Below, piece by piece: positions 61,701-64,000 of a stretch of DNA of 64,000 bases. Location of the stretch: positions 689,082,349 through 689,146,348 of the forward strand of contig NC_058130.1 of the NCBI RefSeq assembly GCF_016433145.1. The letters run 5' to 3'. This stretch comes from Gracilinanus agilis (taxonomy: Eukaryota). A program made the position numbers and the translations under genes. The notes under the pieces were generated by a model that was given only the letters and a program-made list of their open reading frames with translations, made no database searches and was not told the origin of the DNA. How positions within the stretch are numbered: position 1 is the stretch's first letter; the number at the start of each line of letters is the position of its first letter.

Positions 61701-63129
61701 CCTTTTATATCCATTTTATTTCTTAAAAACTCATCCAAAATCATATAACCTGTAACTAACAGACTTAAGTCTTGAAGTAAGGACTCTTCACTGCATAGCT
61801 AATCCTTTTTTCCACAAAAGACAAGATAATACAGAAAAGGGAGCCAGTAGAAGAGTACCATGGAATAGGGACAATGATTTCAGAACTGGGAATCAGGTGA
61901 TATTGTGCTAAGTCCCATCTCTGAGTGTTGCTAGCTGTTTGATTTTACAGTCTCTACAACTTTAAAATAAAGATAAATTTTTTTCTGTGTTCTTTCCCAG
62001 CTCTGACCTCCTATGATTCTGTGAAATGTCAGCTCAGGACTGTTCTCATTGGTATGTGCTCGGCCACAGAATTGGAAGTCCTGGGTGGAATTGCAGAGGA
62101 AGGTTTTCCCAAAATACAAGGACAATTAGAATTCAATGGTTTAAACTACCTTAGGAGGTAATGGGTTCTTTGGAAGCCTTCAAGCAGGGGCTTGATGGTC
62201 ACTTGTTAGGGATGTCAAAGAGGGGGATTTCAGGACAAGGGCAGGTTGGACTTGGTCCATTACCACTATATAGCTATGACCCACAAGCTAAAGTGTAATG
62301 CTCTGGGAAAAACCTGCTTTTTCTTGTGGAACAGACATAGTCTCCTTTTCAGCTCTATAACTCTGCAGGGAGGCCAAGAGGGCTGTGATCTTTCCATTTT
62401 CACCTGCAATCAGTAGCCACAGGAATTACAGACCAGTGAATGGGCTCCAGACAGGTCTCATGCTGAGCCTGGCAGAAAAGAAAATTGCGTCAAACACAGC
62501 AAGGGGGGCTCCTCCGTCATCTCAGTGAACACATGAATTGGTTTTGTTTCATTCTCGACAGATATGGTAAAATTTCATGCTAGAATAAATTACAAAATTA
62601 GATGCAGATTTCCTCCAGGTGTAAATTTCCTGCTTTCACAGCAATAACAGTTTGGGGGAAAATAGAGAGAAATATTTTGATTTGTCCCCCCGACCTGGAA
62701 ATGTAATTTTATTTCCAGATGTAGGTAATGAAGCAATTGCCTTTCTTCCTTTTGGATGTTTTTGTCCATGTCGTTTGCCCTAGAGTGGGGGAGAAGAACC
62801 AAGATTTACCCTAATGCCTCCTATCTGCCCAGCATTTTGTAAAATACAAGAAAATTTAGAAAACCTGAAGTTTTAGTGACTGAAAAAGACTATTAAAAGC
62901 CAGTAGGCATGATAACTGGGGGAAAAAATCAACTATTCCAGTTTTAGGGTATTGTTGGAATGGATAGTGTCTGGAACAATGGCAATGACTAATTTATCTG
63001 GGACTTTGAAAGACTGAAGAATGGCCAGAAGAATGTTACTAGGATAGGAAAGGAAAGGCCAGGCCATAGAGATACTGAACCCAGAGGTGGGGAGATGTGG
63101 GGTAAGGAAGTGATTAAAGAAAAAGGGAA

Positions 63130-63300
63130 TAAGTATTTATGTACTACCTACTATGTACCAAGCTCTGTGCTAAGCACTTTACAGATATGATTTAATTGGA
63201 TCATCACAACAACTCTGAGAGTTGGTGCTGGTATTATCATTCTTTTGCATTGGAGGGAAATAGAGGTTAAGTGACTTGCCCAGGGTCACACACATAATAA
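63130..63300 (-). mobile_element. MIR SINE
   Basis: tactacctactatgtaccaagctctgtgctaagcactttac...gaggttaagtgacttgcccagggtcacac. Confidence 0.8.
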
Positions 63301-64000
63301 GAATCCTAGGCTAGAATTCGTAGAAATGAAAATTAATATCCAATAACTATTATATTTTAAAAGTTTTATTAATAATAACTAAAGTAAGAGATCTAACTCT
63401 TTAGTCCATTCCCCAGAGCAAAAGAGAAAGAGGGAGGCAGAGCTTCAGAGCTTATACAAAGGTGACCATGTGAATGTGGACAAAGGGAAAAGCATTCTAG
63501 GTAATACAGAAAGGAAGTTTGGGTAATGTTGTTTTTAGGTTTTCAAGATTTTCCAACTATACAAATTGAGCCCTAACCTTCCTGAGTCTAAGCCTGGAAC
63601 TCAATCCACTGAGCCACCTTGCTGCCTGTTAAGTTACCTGTCACCAAATATTTGAAGGATTCATAAATTGATAGGATTTAAAAACAAGGGTCATCCAATT
63701 GTAACACATTATTTTTTAAATGAGAGCATTAATGAGAGTTTAATTTGTTTGCCCCAGTACACACAATAAAAAAGGAAAAAAATTCTGGACTTAAACTAAA
63801 GTTGTCCATCTCTAAATCTATTGTTTTTTTCCACCACGCCATGTGGCACCCTCATCTTTCACATAGAAGCTGTTAGGTGTGTTCTGCTTAGTGTCCAAGG
63901 ATTAAACTAAGACAAGTGGGTAGAAGTCACAGGGAATCAAGCTTCCATTTATTATTTGGAAGCATCCTGTTATATTTTGAGCTAATCTAAAATAGAACAG

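Noticed and set aside
1-64000. Intact protein-coding gene, tRNA, rRNA or CRISPR array
   Set aside because: No chain of coding exons was recognised; tRNA-like motifs all belong to SINE heads; the sequence is mammalian and has no repeat-spacer arrays.

Overview
AT-rich, CpG-poor marsupial genomic DNA. The repeat complement (SINE1_Mdo-type, Mar1/Mar3 CORE-SINEs, 7SL-derived P7SL-type, RTE, L1_Mdo-type LINEs) points to the opossum Monodelphis domestica or a close relative; this is inferred from recalled repeat families, not a database search. I find no intact protein-coding gene, and the window reads as intergenic or deep-intronic. Most of it is layered transposon debris: old L2, L3/CR1 and MIR fragments; younger L1 insertions with target-site duplications (TSDs), including a 5.4-kb L1 with both ends; solo LTRs; RTE fragments; and several hAT/Charlie-type MITEs with TIRs and 8-bp TSDs. 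The clearest host-derived sequence is a decayed, intronless, 5'-truncated retrocopy of the KIF11 (Eg5) tail at about 18.26-18.86 kb. Other points of interest: a hAT MITE with an unusually GC-rich interior (possible captured DNA), an L1 whose clustered deletions remove two endonuclease catalytic motifs, an unexplained coding-like block at 24.6-25.6 kb, and a probable assembly false duplication around the single N at 42340. I found no convincing new biological system.
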